Positions 12,655 to 27,717 of a stretch of 64,000 bases of DNA are shown piece by piece (position 1 is the first letter of the stretch; every line of letters begins with the position of its first letter). Source of the stretch: the human T2T-CHM13v2.0 reference genome, Homo sapiens; NCBI RefSeq assembly GCF_009914755.1, contig NC_060925.1; one strand, given 5' to 3'. A model generated the notes under the pieces. That model did no database searches, was not told where the DNA came from, and saw only the letters and a program-made list of their open reading frames with translations. The position numbers and the translations under genes are program-made.

Positions 12655-14011
12655 GGATTTATATTATATAAATACTTTGCTAAAGTCACTTCCAGGAACT
12701 TGCAAGCTGTTCATACAAAAAAGGGCCCCTGAAGTTTAACTTTAATTACTTCATGGAAAATGCACTTTCTGTTACCAACTATCTTTCTAGGTGTTTTCTA
12801 ATATCTTAATCATATCAAACTGCTTCTAGTGTATTGAAAGCTATATCCTATTTCTGAAACACACTTCTACTCCTTCCTCTCACTTATGTCTGCACTTTAT
12901 ATTCCTTCTTTCCTCTCTCACTGACCTAATACTCTCTTCCTCTCTCACTGACCTAATACTCTCTCTCCCCTTCCCACTTCCCACCTTCTCCCTCTCACCA
13001 CTTTCCCCTCAAATACGCCTTACCCCCAATATGTATGTACATACTGGAAAACAGGCCCTTCATCAGGCTCTTTCCTCTTCAACCTTCATGATTTACAATG
13101 ACCTCAATTTCTCCTAGGAATACATCATCAATTCCAAATCCTAGTTAGGAACACCTCCTGAGTGATCTCAAACATGCTCTGTGTTTCCTACACTACACCA
13201 AAAACTATAATTTGTTCATCTGCATCTTTTACCTGTTTATTTTCTGTGAAGGCAGAATCCTTTCATGACTTATTCATAGATTAATATTTAATACCAACTA
13301 CCTGGATTAAATCTGTTGTTAGGTAAATATTTGCTAAATGGATGAATAGATTAGAGGAAGGAATTCTAGATGAAATTAAGTAAATGAGTTATTTAAGTCA
13401 ACTAATACAAGTCCTCAAAACTTTGATTATATAGAGAGCTAAACTGATAAATATAGACAAATATAGTGAGCCTATAAATTAAAGCTATACTATGATGAAA
13501 AAATAAATGAATAATTGTGAAATAGCCAAAAATACTAAAATACAGCTATAAGGTTAAAAATAAATCTGAATAAAAAATGTAGGAGGGAAAAGTGATTACC
13601 TTACCAAAATTCTGGAAAACAGACAGATAGTCCATAAGGGAAATGCAATTAGTCTCACATTTATTTAATGTGATGGATACTGATTGCTAGATAAGGTTAA
13701 CAGTGCTACACAAGGCTTGTTATTTTGAGGTAATAGCATATTATGGAAAAAGTAGCTAAACAGAGTAGAAGTTGGAAATTTTCCCAAACAATATTTGTAT
13801 AGATAAATATTAAAACATAGTAACAATCATATGGAGTATATATTCAAGTCAAAAGAAAATAATTGCTCTAAAGAATAATTATTATTTTGACTTCTTATTT
13901 TTCACTTTCACTTAATACGGAAAATACTAACATTTTTATGATGATCTGTGATATTTAACAGTGGTCTTAATATATAGTAATGAGTTGCTTAAACATGTTT
14001 GGATAGCTTTT

Positions 14012-14320
<309 letters not shown>

Positions 14321-16504
14321 TAGCTTTTATGAAGTGTTTATAAATTGAGTATCCTGCAAGTATTAGGACAGTCAAACCAAATCACTTGCTTTAAACATTT
14401 TCAGATATTAGAATGTAGTATTGACAAAGACCTGCTACAAAAAGCTATAGTTTTTGAAATATCTATTATTTTTTATCTAAGGAATTAAAATAATTAACGC
14501 ATAATTACGTTAGGGTATGCAATTTATAGTTATAGAAATGATCAGTGGGCTCTTCCTGGATATTGATGAAGTAACAGATAGTAGTTTGAAAAAATGACCA
14601 TTGCTCAAAGAAAAACATCTTAAAAATTAGAAATTGGTGGATGACATTAAAAAACTGGCCTGTATTAAATTTATACTTTACTTGCACTACAATTACAGCT
14701 TGCAGGTGGGGAGTGCAGTTAAGTATAGCTGACTCATATTCCTAATTCCAGAATTTGGTATTGTAATATATTAAAGATTAAGTAATACTTTTATTATTCA
14801 TTCTATTACACTGTGTGAAATTATGTTGGCCTAGGGCTAGGTTGAAAAATCACAGACCTATGAATGTGACCATTATCTGGCTCTGTAAGTGTCTTTTTAT
14901 TCATTCAAATCTGTGTGCTCAAATTTGAGTTCATATCACACTCATGAGATGTTGTTTTCATGAATGTGCTAACCTGAAGGGGTGAATGTTCAAAACACTG
15001 CAGAGCCAACATACACCCAAAATGCAATAAACTGCAAGATTTTGTATGTGCCTTGCCTTAGCAGAGTTTTGAAAATTCACCCTGAAGGCTAGAATACTTT
15101 CTTTGTAAGAATCTCAGCTTTCATACGAATACCTGGGGATAAGAGAACTGTGAGAAGCAAGCCTAATGGAAGTTAAATTCTATTGCAGGATTACATTAAG
15201 AAGGGGAGCCGAGCAGAAGTTCTTCTCTGTCTTTGAGATTGTTCTCCATCGTGTGTTAAGAATATCAAACTCCCTATTTATCATCAACGTTTCAGTGACT
15301 TGGGAGTGCAGAATATATCTTGTAAAGAAACACTTATGTAGGCTTACTAATGCAGGTGACATATTAGGCTGAGATGTAAAAAGACATAGCTCTAGGGGTG
15401 ATCTCAGAAGCAAGTGACCTAGTCATTTTGGAAAGTCTCATCTCTGAAATTCCAATAGTTCTTCAGATTCAAAATCGATAGAATAGCATTTCTAGTAGAC
15501 TTTTTGTGTGGACTACAATGTTTCAGGATAATATTGTCTTGTCAGGTCACCTCTTATCACACCATTTTAAATATCATGAGAAAAGTAAACAAAAGAGTCA
15601 TTTCGAGCCACTTTTTCATGCGGCATCCCAGTTGTGGTGGTCACTTAATGTTCATTGCAAGCTCAAAATGTATATTAAGCAGCCCTGTCAGTTGCATACA
15701 TCCTATACACCTTGTACATTTGTTGTTACTCATTAAACAGCATGCTTTATCTTGGCATATCAATACATGACAAGTTAAGCTGATCTGCACTAGACAAATT
15801 GATTCTGAAACAGGTATTGAAAGTTTAAATCAAATTGTTTTCACCTTCTTTACTGTCAACAAGATAGTTTTTATTGAGGCACAGATATATTGTTTTTTTA
15901 TTTGTTTCAGAAGAAACTTAACTCTCTGTACTATCTACCTAGGGTCCTTTTTTCTATCAGAGCTCATTCATGAATTGCAGCTTCCAGTAACTTGAACACA
16001 AACAATCAATTTCTATTTGAGATTAACTGAAATATCAATTTATCCTTTCTAAGAAGAATTATGGGAAGTATTATTCACAGAGCTCCTCTTAATATTGTTT
16101 GCATAGAATCAAATACTTTCAGCAGACCAACCTTGGACTTTTAGGCTGTGCAATCTATAAAATTTAGTACTCTGGCCAGCTAAATAATACAATGGAATAA
16201 AAATAAATGATGACAACATAGGAGATGTCATAAAATTGGTGAACAACTATAGTCCATTCAATTGCTTAAAAGTTTCTAAATTAACCTTATGATAATATTA
16301 TGATTAAATACTGTCTAAAACTTGCTTTGAAGAGGTGTTACATGCAGGAAGACAATGATGTTTCCCTCTAAGTACACCTAAGTGGTAGACTATGATTTTC
16401 TGAGGTGGTTTTGACACATTTTGCTGAACTAACTTCCAGTCTTTAGTTTTAGGTTTTCTAAGACATGGTTCTATAGACTATTCTAGGAATTAAAGGAGTA
16501 GTAT

Positions 16505-16848
16505 TGTGTTGTAGACGTTAACTCTGTTCACCGCGTATTTCTGTGACAAGCCAGTTACAAGGGGCCCTGGAGGTATTATGGGCAAGGAAGTGTTGTGAAC
16601 AGAAGTGATGTGTGCCACTCCCTGTTTAGGTGGAGAGCTTCTAAAGTGCTCTCCCTTTTCCCTCCAGCAAAGCATAATGTGGCTTCTCTGTCAGCCTGCA
16701 TCTCTCAGTGACCATCATGAGCAAAGCGCCTCTATTCACCACGTTGGACATGCAACATGAGCAAGAAATAAAACTTGGTTATTTGAAGTCACAGAAAATT
16801 AACAGTGTCTTAAGACCACCATATAGTTTAGCACATTTTGACAGATAA
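16505..16848 (+). mobile_element. MLT1I/J-like MaLR LTR
   Basis: TGTGAACAGAAGTGATGTGTGCCACT...GGACATGCAACATGAGCAAGAAATAAAAC...GTCACAGAAA. Confidence 0.7.
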
Positions 16849-18979
16849 AGGTTGGATTCATTTCAAATTCCAATAATATGCTGCTGGCCATACTGCTGAG
16901 AAGAGCAGTTTGTGTGAAACCCAAAAGAAGTAGGCAACAATTTATTGAAGTTAAGATTTTGATGGTACAGTAGCCAACATTACTGAAAACACTCTTTCTT
17001 GTTTGTTGCCATGTGGACATTGTTGTTCTCTCTCTTTTTACTTCATTTCTTGTTTATTTTTCCTACTGAAAATGGCATAGGAAGTTAGCGGAACCCACAC
17101 TACCCTTAGACTTAACCGATGTTTCACACTCAAAAACAAAATGACCTATATTTTATGACTCAGACATACTATTTCTTGCTCTACCACTCAATTCCTAAAC
17201 TGGAAAACGGTAGAAATTGGGAGGTATGTTGAAATTGAATCCCTAAAGATGTAGCAAAAAAAAAAAAAAAAAAAAAGACAAATAGAGTATTTTGAGGTTT
17301 TTGTTTGATTCTAATAGAAAAGTTCATTTATCTACATGAATAACATTTATATTTGCAAAGTAATTTGAGTTTTGGGTTTGGAAAACATATGTAAATATAT
17401 AAATACATATATTAAATATATAAAGTCCATGAAAGAACATTATCTCTAAGGCTTGTTTTGCAGTGTGAAGTAGCTAAAATATTGGTTAACAAAACAAAAT
17501 GTTTAAAAGGAGAAATTTTATTGTGGCATGGGATAGTGAAAATGTTTTGGAATAAAAATATTAGGTTAAGTTCCTGACCTGCAACTGGCTCGTTATATGA
17601 CCCTGGACCAGTTAATGTATATAAAGTATTCTTTCCTCTCTTTAAAAGATAGGAAAATGACATCTTCCCTAATTCATAGCATTATTATACAAAATTAAAA
17701 TAATGCACATAAAAACATTGTGCACTCTAAATAATCTATGTGCAAATATGCTAGAATATTCACACTTTATTGTTGTTAGTAACTTTTTCTAGTTTTCCTC
17801 TCGATTTACTCACATCTCTCCTTCTTTCCAAATAAATGGAAAAACGTTAGTAGACTATGATGGGTAATGCCACCAGTGAGTCAAGCTGTAGTGGGTGTTA
17901 CTGTAATAGTTCACATTCATCATTGCTATAGTTGAAAATGAGCATTTGGATGTGGTTGAATAGTTCACATCAAAACAAAATCTCATCTGTATGACAGAAA
18001 CTCTGTTGTGTTGGGCTTTGAACATAATCCAAGATACTCAAGACAGTAGCAAAATTAGGCATTTGGAAAAATCAGAGTAAGAAAGGCATTTTTCATGCTT
18101 ATTTGCTTCAAAGGATGCTCTGATTTTGTTAATTGCCTGAAAGAGTGCTTCGATTTGCTATTTTCTACAAACAGTATTCTAATCTAGTTTATCCTCTGAG
18201 TTGCAGCTGTGTTCAAGTATCCTAATAGGTTTGGTGCATGCTGAACTATTCTTCTGCAATTAATTCACTTGGTTCTTCATGTGAAATGATTTACACCTAT
18301 TTAGAATTAAATTGGAAGCCATTCCACTCTTGCTTATGAAGTTATTAAGACAGCTTTTAGATGACATTAATTTGCACTTAGTACCTTTTATCTAAGGATC
18401 TCAAAGCACTCTATGAAAGTGCATTATCATTAATGAAGAAAAATAGAAGAATCGAACACTGTATTTAGGAGTAATTTGCAAGGTAGGACATAAAATAAAA
18501 ATGCATTCTTATTTTTAGTTGTAAAATAGTAATGGTACATATTATCTTCAGACTCAACAACACAACTTCTTATTTTCTCTCCCTGTCTAGCAAGGTTTGT
18601 GGGTCTCTATCTTCTTCAACTGCAAACTTCCACAGCCATTCATTCTCATACCTACAAAGCAACATCACCTGGGTTTTCTACTTTATGGTGTATCTTCTTC
18701 TCTATTATTAATGCCTGCTTTTTAAATATCCCAGCCTTACATTATTATTAGCCTGCTCTGAAAAGCAGTTAGGATGTGAATTTGCTTTCACTGAAGTGGG
18801 TTGAAGCCAGGCCTGATTCTTAGATGTGTTTAGCATCCTTAGATGTTCAAGTATCTTCAAATAAAAGATAGTTTACACTAAGACTTGATTTTCACTTAGT
18901 ATCATGATATCACAAGTCAATGTTCTGTGGATATTGATTGCTGAGGAAACTTTTCGGTTTCCACAGCAAGTTTTTCTTT

Positions 18980-19283
18980 TTCTTTTTCTTTTCTTTTTGA
19001 GACAGGGTCTTGCTCTATCACCCAGGCTGGAATGCAGTAACATAATCATGATTCATTGCAGCTTCAAACATCCCAGGCTCAATCAATCCTCCTCCCTCAG
19101 CCTCCTGAGTAGCTGGGACGATAGATGTTCACCACTACACCTGGCTAATATTTTTAAATTTTTTCTAGAGATGGGATTTTGCCATGTTGCCCAGGCTGGT
19201 CTCAAAATCCTAGGCTCAAGCAATCAGCCCATCTCAGCCTTTCAAAGTGCTGGGGTTACAAGTTTCAGCCACTGTGCCTGGCC
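18980..19283 (-). mobile_element. AluJ
   Basis: GAGACAGGGTCTTGC...GGCTCAAGCAATC; TSD AAGTTTTTC at 18968-18976 and 19284-19292. Confidence 0.9.
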
Positions 19284-20398
19284 AAGTTTTTCGTTTCTAT
19301 AAAAGTATACTTATATTACATCACAAATGCAAATATAAATAAAATGATACACCTTTAAAAATGCCAATCTTGTACATACAATTTTATGAGTTTCAAGAAA
19401 AATAAATCCTGGGCCCAATTTGTCCATTTTCTCTCTGAAGTGTTTATTTGCTTTAATTGTGCTGGAAAGTAGGTCTCTGATTAATACAAATGTCTTAAAC
19501 TAAAACTTATAACTTGGGTACAGAATGATCCTACTTCTCTCTGTAAAAGCAGATATCTGGTCATTCTGAGTCTTTGGAATTTAGCCGATTCATGTTGTCA
19601 GTAGCAGTGGCATTTGATAATCAGGGCAGTTGAAGCCTTGCCTTTAACAGGGATGCTGAAACTGTTAAAAAAGTCTTCATGTGAATTAGAAAAGGTGCAG
19701 CTCAGTGATAGAAATTACAGTTTGATGTGCAGATACGGGCTAGATTTAAGATGTTACCTTACTCTTTCAGCCAGGCATCCCTGTGCAGCAAACAACCTGA
19801 ACAATGGAATGTTTCAGTCCTGGTTTTAGATCCTAGAGACTGAAAACATCTGTATTTCAGAGGTCCTGCTTAACTACTTGAAACACTAAGCCTCAAGATT
19901 TTAATAAAGAATGTACTCAAATATCCAAGCTAACTAGGATCCTTCTCTGGAAAATGACTCTTCGCTTGAGTATTGTCTCTTTGTCTGTTTCTATTCAAAG
20001 TCAGAAGGAAAAAATGGAAAGGCTCGATGAAGATAGACCATTATATACAATCTTCATGGGGTTGTTCTTAAACCTGAGCTGTTTCCCATCAAATAAACCT
20101 AAAGTTATACTTCCAAACGTTATTTTTCTTATTTAGTCTTAATCTCTCCTCCACTCAGCTTCTGTACTCTGCTTCTCCACTGAAATTGGTACTATCTATG
20201 GTTGTCAATTTTTTAAGCTAATGAAGACGAGGAGCTCGGACTTCCTTTGGGAGGGCAGTCTTAAATTTTTTAACATATTAACTCTAAAAAACACATAGTT
20301 CTTGTATATATTATAGAATATTTTTCTTCGGAAAAGTCCAGTATAGTTCTATAATGTGCTAATTCCATGATTCTAAGCTAACAATATAAGAAACATAG

Positions 20399-20647
20399 GC
20401 AATTTGGGAGGCCCAGGAAGGTGGATCACTTGTGCTCAGGAGTTCAAGACAAGCCTAGGCAACATGGCAAAACACTGTCTCCACTACAAATATATACAAA
20501 AATTATCTGGTCATGGTTGCACGCTCTGGTAGTCCCAGCTAATCTAGGGGCTCAGTCAGGAGGATCACTTAGGTTGAGGTTGCAGTAAGCCATGATGAAG
20601 CCACCACACTCTAGCCTGGGCGATAGAGTGAGACCCTGTCTGAAAAA
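20399..20647 (+). mobile_element. 5'-truncated AluJ
   Basis: TTTGGGAGGCCCAGG...GAGACCCTGTC; internal deletion in the right arm. Confidence 0.85.
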
Positions 20648-20780
20648 GAAAGGAAGAAAGAAGAGAGAGAGAGAGGAGACAGAGAGAGAGGAGAAGGAAG
20701 GAAGGAAGGATGGGAGGGAGGCAAGGAAGGAAGGAAGGAAAGAAGGAAGGAAGGAAGGAAGGAAAGAAGGAAGGAAATAA
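20642..20780 (+). repeat. Polypurine (GA)n/(GGAA)n microsatellite derived from the Alu tail
   Basis: (GGAA)4 AGAA (GGAA)5 AGAA (GGAA)2 at 20725-20776, preceded by GA-rich units. Confidence 0.92.
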
Positions 20781-21417
20781 ATTAGTCCACTATTAAGTGT
20801 TAACAGTATTAAGTGAATTCTTTCAGTTGGAGAGGAAAACTCATAGATTGGAATTGCCTGAGCATATATGTAGCATGTCAGGGAGTGGAAGAAACTGAAG
20901 TTTTTTATATTATGATCCCATATTAGGGCATTTGGAATCATAATATGTTCACTGATGGATAAACATTGCTTCTAAACTAAACTCTAAATTAGGAAGGATG
21001 AGTGATCGAATGAGATAAATCAGACCTCTGTTTTAGAATTCCCATGCTACCTGAATTTTGGAGACTGGGTCAGAATTAGAAGATACTTAGAGAAAGTATT
21101 ACCTATAGGATGATGTTTGCAGTAGTTAAAAAAAAAATAGCAGTAATAGTGTGGATGGAAATAAAATGTAAAACTTGAGCAACAAAGACTGTACAGATTA
21201 GGAGGTAAAATGTGAGGGTTGCGAGTGGGAGCAAAGGATCAAAGAGCATTCAAAGCAAAGGTAGGTAGCACGACAAAAACAAAACAAAACAAAAAAAAAA
21301 CAAAAAAAGGGTCTGAGAGTAAGGCAGGCAGCTCCATCTGGAGAAAAATCTACCAGGGAACCAGAACTAGTCATGTATGGCCTTAGAAGAAGGAGTAGCT
21401 ATAATAATCTATAGGGA

Positions 21418-21808
21418 CTATTAGTAGTTGGCTAGAGTTGCCATAACAAAGTTGCATGTACTGGGTGACTTAAACAACAGAAATTTATTTTTTTCATAGT
21501 TCTGAAGGGTGGAAGTCTGAGATCAAGGCGTGGGCAGGTTTGGTTTCTTCTGAGGGCTCCCTCCTTGGCTTGTAGATAGCCACCTTCTTCCTCTGTCTTC
21601 ACATATTCTTCCCTCTGTGTTTGTGTCTGACCTGATTTCCTCCTCTAATAAGAACACCAGTCTTACTGGACTATGACCCACTCTCATGATCTAACCGTAA
21701 TTATCTTTTTAAAGATGGTGTCTCGAAAATACAGTTACATCCTGAGGTACTGAAGGTTAGGACTTTAACGTATGAATTTTTGGGGGACAAAAATATACTG
21801 CCATTGAT
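21418..21808 (-). mobile_element. MLT1B-like MaLR LTR
   Basis: TGCCATAACAAAG...CTTAAACAACAGAAATTTATT...GAAGTCTGAGATCAAGG...CTGAGGTACTG...TATGAATTTTTGGGGGACA. Confidence 0.85.
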
Positions 21809-22445
21809 AAAAAATAGAATAGACAAAGAGTAAAATTAGCTGTGGTTTTAATTGTATTATTTATACATTTTATAATAAATACACATTATTTTATAAGATG
21901 AAAACAATAAAAAATTGCTTTCAGTTCATTTTCTACTGCAGCTGTCCATATCTCAAAAATGTGAACATTTTGTTGAGCTACCCCAGTTCTAAGGTCTGAA
22001 TGCTTAGTCCTTGATGGAGGTGATCTTGTAAATTTTATATTATAATTTAAGGATTACAGTAAAATATACCATGGCCTGTCATGGCCTGAACTTCATTTAG
22101 ACTTCATTTAGTGATATCAGGATAATGATTTATTGTCTTTGGTCTTCCTAACTAAAGTTAGAAATGACTTCAAAATCATCCTCTCCTGGTAATAATTTCA
22201 AACATTGGAAAATGCCGACTCTTACTATTTTATATTTGTATGGTGAGTGGAGGGAAAATCTTTGAGTAATCTGAAATCAATAAATAATATCAAATCAAAT
22301 CTGGCCAATTTCAGTGCTCAATATATTCCTTAACCTTTTTTTGCAAGTTTTATTACAACATACCTGTATAAATTTGCTTCTCTCATGTAATTTTTTAGAA
22401 AAGATTATCCATCTCTGAATTAAGTGCTTTCATTATCTTTCCCAG

Positions 22446-22625
22446 CAGTGATTCTTACACTTTGGCATTAATTAGAATCACCTGAAGGGCCTGTTAAAAC
22501 AGAATGCTGGGCCCCACCCATAGAGTGTCTTATTTATAGTCTGGTGTGGACTCCAATATTTTTGCATTGTTAACAAGTTCTCAGGAATGTTGTTATTGCT
22601 GGTTCAGCGACACTGAAAACTTCTG
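22446..22625. mobile_element. MER5A (hAT-Charlie)
   Basis: CAGTGATTCTTACACTT...TTAGAATCACCTG...TGCTGGGCCCCACCC...TAACAAGTTCTCAGG. Confidence 0.8.
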
Positions 22626-23072
22626 CTCTGCAATAATGTTTGTAACAACAAAATCAAATTATTTCATTTTACTTTGAAAAACTATTTTTCATCATAAAAA
22701 TATATAGTTTTAATTAAATGTATTTGTCACCATTATGAAAAATAATAAATAGCTGGAAATCATTCTGATATGCATGGTATCTCAGAAGACATGAAATAGT
22801 TGCAGTTACCATGACCAAAAACCAAATCAAGGAGCTAACAACTCTACAAAGTCAACAAGTATTTAAAATATTTGTTATGCACCTATGTGTCATCTTGGTC
22901 TTAGCCATACTAGTGTGGGGACAATAAAAAGAAACATAGAGCTATATAATATCTATCGGTAAATTTCTTTAATAAGTGATATATCTGGGTTGATGAAATA
23001 AATAACTGTTCCCAGATTGCAGTGTATGAGATGTAGATCACAAAGCTGAAAGCTTAAAAATAGCAACAAGGA

Positions 23073-23316
<244 letters not shown>

Positions 23317-26300
23317 CTATTTGCCATCAAAAAAAATTATACAAATGTGTAAAGGATCATGCATAGGGAGAGATATTTCTTTTTGTTTGTGCCTTAGAAT
23401 TGAGGCTAAGGACCAAATTGAGGATAAAAGATGCTACTCCCCACCCCTATTCATCAATATAAGAAGAAAACTAAAAGGAAATGGATTAGTGGCCTGCAGA
23501 TAATTTGTTATTTAAAACAAGATAATACTTTTTAAAAACTAAGGTTGCCTTCAAGAAAACAATACATGCCAGCATAGTGGCTCAAGCCCAGTTACTTTTA
23601 GGGAGGCAAATCAACCACATATTTTTGGAAATGTGGACTTTGCTGTTGACCCTACTACTGATAATTTAGGTGGAAAGCAGATTAAATATGTGATGATAAT
23701 TACACAATGAACTCCCTTGATCAAGAGTTTGTTAAGACCTCTAAACATGCAAAAAAGTTCTAGTTCACCCATACATTACAGATAATTTTTTTCTCTATGA
23801 AAAACAACATAACTTTCTTGCTCTTCACTAAAGCATTTCACAAAAATCTTAGAAATGCCAGGTTTTTAACATGGCATTCACAACATTTCTTAGGACTGAA
23901 TAATTTTTTTCCTCTATGTTCAGATGGAACACTAAATGATACTTAGTTTTTTTGAAATTCAAGATCTATTTACAAAGTGTAAAAGGACTAAGACCCTTCT
24001 GATGGCCCAATTTAGAAACATTAAACCAGCTAATGTAAACCTCAGTATGAAGAAGTTATTTCCAACTCTTACTTCAGAAATTGAAGCTTTCATATGAGTT
24101 CTATAGTAAGACATATCTTTTCATAGCAGTCCAATATGTTAACCTTAGTATTTCTTGTCATGAAATATTTTTAAACTACCAAGATAGCTAATAATCTAAA
24201 ATCGATTTCCTTTCCAGTAATATTTTCAGAAGTATGTTAACTTTAAACTTTCAGATTTCATAATGGAGAGATATTTAAGGCCTTATATTTCAAAATGCCC
24301 CAGGCATCATGGTGGAAAGTTTTGAGGATAGGTTTTTCACAATAAAAAATAACAATTTTATTGCAGAGAGGCCTATAATTTAAATATTTTATTTATATCC
24401 TTCCTATATATTAGATTTATTACTCATATTTCAAAGAAGCATGGTGGCATCATAAAGTACAATTTTACTATACTCTTAGGATTAAAAGAATATTTTTATA
24501 CAGTAAAAAGTATATTTCGAGAGACAAAATTTTGATGCCCCCAATTACTTAACCAAATAATTCCTCTAAGAATATATGAAAGCCAGTGTTAGCAGGAACA
24601 AAGATTCTTTGTGGATTTTTAATTTGTTGCTCTCTGTTCAAATTTAAGACACCTTTGGTTCTGGATGAATTTTCTTTTTGGAAACATTTATTTTTTTTAA
24701 CTCCTTTGAAATGAACTCCAAACACTTCAACATAGATAGAAAACCTTGCAGTTTCAATGAAGCTTTTCAAAGTACTCTTTTACCATCTGGCAAAATACGA
24801 ATTTGCAGCTTCCTACCAAGATAACCTACTGCCTTCAATTCTGACTGTATGCATATTTCTCTTTCTACCCATAAATGCCACTCCTCAAAAAAGAGTAAGA
24901 GCTTTCGACCAAAGCTCTATGCTTATAGCTATGAGCATTTTTTTAGAGCTCACATTTACTAGCCACAATATGGAATATACAGGGGATAGGAGGTTAATAT
25001 TTAATCATGAATATTGATTAATATTTAGACTCGATTTCTGACGTGAAATTTGGCTTTTTGAAGTTTCACGAGAATGATAGGCAACATATTCAATAAATGT
25101 AATAATAATGGCAAATACTCAAAATGGCAAAAGATGGGTGGTGTATATGCTTTTATATAAAAGCAATTTATTTTATTGACTCATCTTACCTTGGTATCTC
25201 CCTCCCACTTTTTACCTACACAGGATTCTCAAGAAAGTTGTGTTCAGTCAAAATCCTTCCTACAGTACAGTATGTTTCGAGCTTAAAGGAAACTCTTCTA
25301 GAAATTACACAGATCATAGGACCCTAAATATATAAATGTTTTATGACTGACTTTTTTCTGAGACAGTAAGTGTCTGATGCAGAAAGAAAACAGAAGAAAA
25401 AGGAGAATGATAATTAGAAGAGGATACTCTCTGCTTCGTAGCAAATTCAGCTTTTAATAAGAACAATATTGATAGGTTTTTCCTTATGTACCAGTAACAT
25501 CACCAAACCTTTTGACACTTGTGTGCGAGCTCCCTAAAGAGTCTGAAATCTCAGTTTAAAATAAATTGTAATTGTTCATTGTTTGGCAAGGTTCAACTCA
25601 ATTAGGCTTTTGCACAGATTTCTACATCTACATTTTCCTAACTTATCTGTTATTGTGCCTATTTTAAAATACAGAGTATTTAAGCCAAAATTTATATGTA
25701 AACCATTTTAAATAAAGATTCTGCAAGGTACATTTGCTCAATTTGTTTTCATTTGATTATTGACTGTTAAATTTGAAGAAAAAAGTCTTAACTATGAAAA
25801 TGTACATAGGAAAGAAGATTGCTGTAAATGTTTCCTGAATATGAGTATCACATGACTTTCCCCTATTGTAATCATGTGGCAGACCACAAGTGAGTTTCCA
25901 ACTGAATTATTTTAGGCATAATATATTCTTTCTGAATGTCTTTCCTCTTTAACCAACTGCTTTTTGCTTGTGGTTTTAAGGGTATGCACTTAATCTTGCT
26001 ATTTCAGCTACATCTGTGTACTGTAAAAAGCAGCCAGTTCTTAGAATGGTTGATAAACTGGTTGACCTCTGTAATCTACATTTTAGAGAAATACATTTCA
26101 GCTGCAGATGTTTCCAAAGGTAGAAAATCTGTGAAGAAAATTAATCTGTAACTGACAGATGTTTTCATATTAATACAGTTTGGGAATATTCTCTTCCAAA
26201 CATGTTGCCTTCCTGTGAAATTCAAGAGTGCTGTTATCTCACATTTCTAGGCTCCTGAATCCTATAGCATGGCACCAAAATGGACTGTCATCTAAATAAA

Positions 26301-26944
26301 CAGACGCGAAACTTGCTTTGTAGTTAGAAGGTGCAATTTAAATTTGTTGACTTTTACATTTGCTCCATTCCATTTAATTCAGTTAGTTGTATAACTGCTG
26401 ATAAAATTTTCCTCAGTCCTGCGGAAGGCCCAGTGAGTTACTTATATCAAAACTCAAAGTCAGTATAAACGTTGGCAGAAGATTTCATCCTGTTTGGGCA
26501 TTTTATAGCATCTTAGGGAGTTATCTTTCCCCTAAGGGCTTTATTATTAATGGGAACTGCCCACGTGGTTTGAGGGAAGAATGGACTTCCTCAATTAGAA
26601 GACCTTTCAAGAGAGTTAACAGAAAATTTATTTTTTCATTTAAGGAAGAGAATGTTTCCCATAAGAACACTGAATCTTTCATGGCTGACTGTCTTGCAAA
26701 CACAATGTGTAAAATTTTTAGTTCCTTAAAAATTAAACAGACACTGTGAAATTTAATAAGGCTTAAAAGGGACCTATCTTTAGTATCCCTGTTTTCTCAC
26801 CACCCAGTACTCGTGATAACAGATTATCAGCACTACCTACTAAAAAATCTTCATCGTCTTCAGAAAAAAAAAAAAAAAAGCATGTTGAGGTCTTCCCAAG
26901 GATTTAATTTCAGTAGTTCTCAGTCTATATGTGGAGGAGTTTAC

Positions 26945-27110
26945 ACAGATACTTTTCCTACCATTTACTGGCTATGTGATTATGAGTAATTTCCTTTGCC
27001 TTCTGAAGCTCTGCTATTTCATTTGAGAGTCATGTTACCTACTTTGAAGGTTGTACAGATGGGAGAAAATATATGTAAAATACCTGGCATGGGGTAGGTA
27101 TTTAAAATGA
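26945..27110 (+). mobile_element. MIR
   Basis: CCATTTACTGGCTATGTGA...TATGTAAAATACCTGGCATGGGGTAGGT. Confidence 0.55.
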
Positions 27111-27717
27111 TCCTTTGCAACCATTTGTTTATTGCCACAATATTTACTTTTACTTAACTCAATTCAATATATGTAAATTTACAAAGTATAATTTCCACTT
27201 TATTGCTGTTTGGCCATAAAGTATAAATCTTTTGGGGCCTCAGTTTCTTCTAACAAAGCATTGCTTCAACGATTGTAAATTATACACATTAGCTTGCTCA
27301 TCAATACCACTATTATAAGATTTATTCATTATAAAATATATTTCCTCTATTACATTCCATTCAGACCATAAAACTGCCACCTTAATTCTATAATGTTATA
27401 CATTATATACAATAATAAAATGACTTCAATAATTTCCTCTAGATTGAAATACCTGATTTACTATATAATCATTATATACATCAAACTTCCACCGTTGTTT
27501 GATATGCTATCATGTTGGCTAATTTTAGAAGCTTTGTTAAATAAATAGAAAAATAAAAGCCCTGATTTTTTTGCTCAACAAGAAGTTATGTTACAGATAA
27601 ATAATTGAACACAAAAATTCGACCATTTGAGAAGAGATAGAGTCTAATATAGTGATAATTACAGATTATTACACTAAAATATACTTTTTCATGAGAAATT
27701 AAAGGAGCTATTTTCTT

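Noticed and set aside
17256-17276. Isolated A21 run as an orphan retro-insertion (similar runs near 26863 and 57987)
   Set aside because: No TSD or upstream retro-sequence that I can identify; treated as homopolymers.
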